Below, piece by piece: positions 63,856-64,000 of a stretch of DNA of 64,000 nucleotides. The notes beneath the pieces are model-generated. The model was not told the DNA's origin. It saw only the letters and a program-made list of their open reading frames with translations, and searched no databases. Every line of letters starts with the position of its first letter. Within the stretch, counting starts at the first letter, position 1. The DNA comes from Desulfobacterales bacterium (lineage in GTDB: Bacteria; Desulfobacterota; Desulfobacteria; Desulfobacterales; UBA2174): contig CAXXWC010000021.1 in the NCBI GenBank assembly GCA_963668645.2, positions 736,001 through 800,000 of the forward strand. The letters are read 5' to 3'. A program made the translations under genes and the position numbers.

Positions 63856-64000
63856 ATCGGCCCGATTTGGATCTGGAGGAGGCTAGTCGGGCCGTGGTAA
63901 TCGATCTTAATCAGTACCTAAGGGCTAAAGGGCGGCCGAGGGGTCTTAATGATAGCTGATAGCTACCACTCTGCACTGTGATGGCTGTAATGGATGCCTT

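Larger units (their letters stand above)
50229..64000. mobile_element. Integrated inovirus-like (filamentous) prophage at the ssrA 3' end; right end outside the window
   Basis: Integrase, RCR Rep, pI/Zot, secretin, pIII, pVI, pV, coat-like ORFs and a repressor. Abrupt AT shift after the tmRNA CCA, with no terminator hairpin. Confidence 0.9.

Noticed and set aside
63856..64000. Second att site of the prophage
   Set aside because: No copy of the tmRNA 3' end is visible; the boundary is probably outside the window.

Overview
Chromosomal window from a GC-rich bacterium, probably Desulfobacterota (inferred from the tmRNA tag ADDYNYAVAA and the gene content). It has three parts. (1) 1-22.3 kb is a minus-strand signalling block: a prepilin, several hybrid histidine kinases (one frameshifted at a G8 tract), a diguanylate cyclase, a class III nucleotide cyclase, and a GspE/PilB ATPase carrying MshEN and receiver domains. 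(2) 22.4-49.8 kb holds a ~19 kb gas vesicle cluster (2x gvpA, gvpC-like, gvpN, gvpV-like, 4x gvpF/L, gvpG, gvpO, gvpK, 2x gvpJ/S-like fusions). The cluster carries its own chaperone set: Hsp70, a J-domain fused to GvpF/L, Hsp20s, a Cdc48-like AAA ATPase and an ArsA/Get3-like ATPase. Upstream are a sigma-54 promoter, an NtrC-type activator, kinases and an HD-GYP protein. (3) A tmRNA (49875-50228) is followed by an integrated filamentous (inovirus-like) prophage that runs off the right edge. The prophage has a repressor, ssDNA-binding protein, pIII, pVI, pI/Zot, a lipoprotein secretin, several small coat-like ORFs missed by the ORF track, a hairpin-rich intergenic region, a rolling-circle Rep, a tyrosine integrase, and an AT-rich ABC-ATPase + TOPRIM candidate defence pair. 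Some starts were moved from the ORF track based on RBS or stop/start overlaps. All family calls are from motif recognition by eye; no database searches were run.
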